This document shows positions 62,061-64,000 of a stretch of 64,000 bases of DNA, piece by piece. The position numbers were made by a program, and so were the translations under genes. The stretch is taken from contig JAUZTB010000066.1 of the NCBI GenBank assembly GCA_034780895.1, forward strand, positions 19,938,051-20,002,050, read 5' to 3'. The DNA comes from Rhynchobatus australiae (lineage: Eukaryota). Below the pieces are notes generated by a model. That model was not told the DNA's origin, ran no database searches, and saw only the letters and a program-made list of their open reading frames with translations. Each line of letters opens with the position of its first letter. The first letter of the stretch is position 1.

Positions 62061-62824
62061 GACTGAAGGACAGAAAGTGCTATGGGGACCTGGCACAGTA
62101 GAGGAGTTGAAGCCAGCATAGATCAGCCAAGATCATATTGGATGTATGTGGGTTGGCAGGGGGTGGGGGGGGGGGAGTTTTGGGGTGGGGGGGCAAGCTT
62201 GGGTGGCTNNNNNNNNNNNNNNNNNNNNNNNNNNNNNNNNNNNNNNNGAACACAAAGACCCCTGACACCTAACTCGATCTGTGTTATGAATAGTCATCCC
62301 AGCTATATATCTTTATGGTTCAGTGCCTGCAGGAAAGTCTGCATCTTCTGAGGTGGGATCTTGTGAGCTGGAATTCCCAGGTTGCCTGTCTCTTCTCCCC
62401 TCTTCAATTTTCATTGGGGAACATAGTTTAACCTTCATTTTAGGGAAAATCGTTCAACAAATAAGGCTTTGTTAGAATTTCCGAATGGAACTAGGAGCAT
62501 CATGAGTAAAAGATCAATGTAAAATAAAGTTATGTACATAGAATTATAACATCATGCAGGACAGAATGAGGCATTTGTGCTCATTGTACCTGTGCAAATT
62601 TTTGAAAGATCCAATACCCACATTTCCTCTTGGCCCTACAAACTTTTCCTTTTCAAGTATATACCCAAAACTGCATCCCTCATCCTTTCAAGATCATTGA
62701 AATACCTCTTTGTAGTAGTTCAGGAAAGGGCAGCATGTCACATTCAGGATCCCAGCATGTACTTTCCTTGGTTGCAATTCTGATGCTTCAGTTTTATAAA
62801 TGCATAAGTTAAATCATTTAAACT

Positions 62825-63702
62825 ATTGGTATTGGTTTATTGTTGTCACATGTACTGAGATACAGTGGAAAAACTTAGTTTTGCAAGCCATCTGTACAGA
62901 TCATTTCAAAACATAAGTACTTTGAGATAGTACAAGGGAAAATTAATAACAGAATGCAGAGTATAGTGTTATGGTTACAATTACAATGAAACTGCAGTGT
63001 GGGTAGACAATAAGGTGCAAGGGCCATGACGAGGTAGATTGTGAGGACAAGCGTTCATCTTTAACATACAAGAGGTCAGTTCAAGAGTCTAATAACAGTG
63101 GGGTACAAGCTGTCCTTAAGCCTGGCGGTGTCTCTTTTCAAACTTTTGTATCTTCTGCCTGAAGAAAGGGGGAGAAGAGAGAATGTCCGGGATGGGTGGG
63201 CTCTTTGATTATGCTGGCTGCTTTTACGAAGCAGCGAAAAATGTAGACAGAGTTCACGGAGGGAGGTTGATATTTCTGATGGACTGAGCTGTGTCCACAA
63301 CTCTGTGCACTTTCTTGTGGTCTTAGGCAGAGTAGTTGTCCTACTGTATTTGAATAGGATGGTTTCAATGGTGCATCTATGAGAATTGGCAAGGTTCAAG
63401 GGGACATGATGAATTTTCTTAGCCTTCTGAGGAAGTAGAGGTGCTGGTGAGCTTTCTTGGCCATTGCGTCTATGTGGTTGGACCAGGACAAGCTATTGGT
63501 GATGTTTACACCTGGGAACTTGCGCTCTCATCCATCTCTATCTCAGCATCATTGACACATATAGGGACATGTCCTCTGCCCCCTTCCTGAAGTCAATGAC
63601 CAGCTCTTTTGTTTTGCTGACATTGAGGGAAAGCTTGATATCCTGACATCATGCCACTAGAGTCTCTATCTCCTTGCTGTACTCTGTCTCATTGTTATTT
63701 GG
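62825..63702 (-). mobile_element. Rex1/Babar LINE, 5'-truncated, with 3' UTR and tail
   Basis: NNNETEYSKEIETLVA*C..KLSLNVSKTKELVIDFRK; RCFVKAASIIKEPTHPGHSLFS; SGRRYKSLKRDTARLKDSLYPTVIRLLN*; tail CATGTGACAACAATAAACCAATACCAATA. Confidence 0.92.
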
Positions 63703-63849
63703 GCATAAGTAATGGCACTTAGTACAGATACTGTGATCCAAGACTGATGCTGTGATCCTAGCCTGAACTCTAGGTAAAGTGGACATATCTTACACCTTTT
63801 GAACAATATCATTTGTGGTGTCATTCTATCTTGATTGAAAGGATTCTCA

Positions 63850-64000
63850 CTAATGGACCCTTGACCTCACAATCTACCTCATTATGACCTTGCACCTTAT
63901 TGTCTTCTTGTACTGCACTTTCTCTATTGTTGTTACACTTTATTTTGCATTCTGTTATTGTTTTTACCTTGTACTGCCTCAATGCACTGTGTAATGAATT
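63850..64000 (+). mobile_element. Rex1/Babar 3' UTR fragment, opposite orientation to the adjacent copy
   Basis: CTTGACCTCACAATCTACCTCATTATGACCTTGCACCTTATTGTC..GCATTCTGTTATT is the reverse complement of about 62905-63050. Confidence 0.85.

Noticed and set aside
62150-62208. G-rich tract with G-quadruplex potential (also poly-G at about 18030-18045)
   Set aside because: Simple sequence next to a gap or inside a SINE; no evidence of function.
1-64000. CRISPR arrays, tRNA/rRNA genes, operons, prokaryotic or viral inserts
   Set aside because: None seen. There are no regularly spaced repeats, tRNA-like boxes occur only as SINE heads, and there are no long intact ORFs.

Overview
Gap-rich eukaryotic genomic DNA, not prokaryotic. 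The repeat content (HE1-type V-SINEs, SacSINE1/Deu-domain SINEs, CR1, Rex1/Babar, Penelope-like and Harbinger remnants) points to a cartilaginous fish, probably a ray or sawfish-like batoid (inference). The only host gene I can recognise is the 3' half of RPH3AL (Noc2) on the + strand. Its exons are 4565-4736 (SGAWFY motif), 33608-33721 (VVSSDSES), 36238-36366 and a probable last exon starting at 38969. Introns and downstream DNA are filled with degenerate transposable elements; their boundaries are approximate, by eye. Almost all long ORFs in the supplied track are N-gap artefacts or TE fragments. Most interesting items: (1) a family of palindromic Penelope-derived short elements whose per-position consensus rebuilds a minimal hammerhead ribozyme; (2) a fossil two-gene Harbinger transposon; (3) two near-perfect inverted duplications; (4) V-SINEs with two different LINE-derived tails; (5) spare exon-like segments downstream of RPH3AL, relevant to the RPH3AL/DOC2B split-rabphilin question. 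I found no intact, clearly novel protein-coding system.
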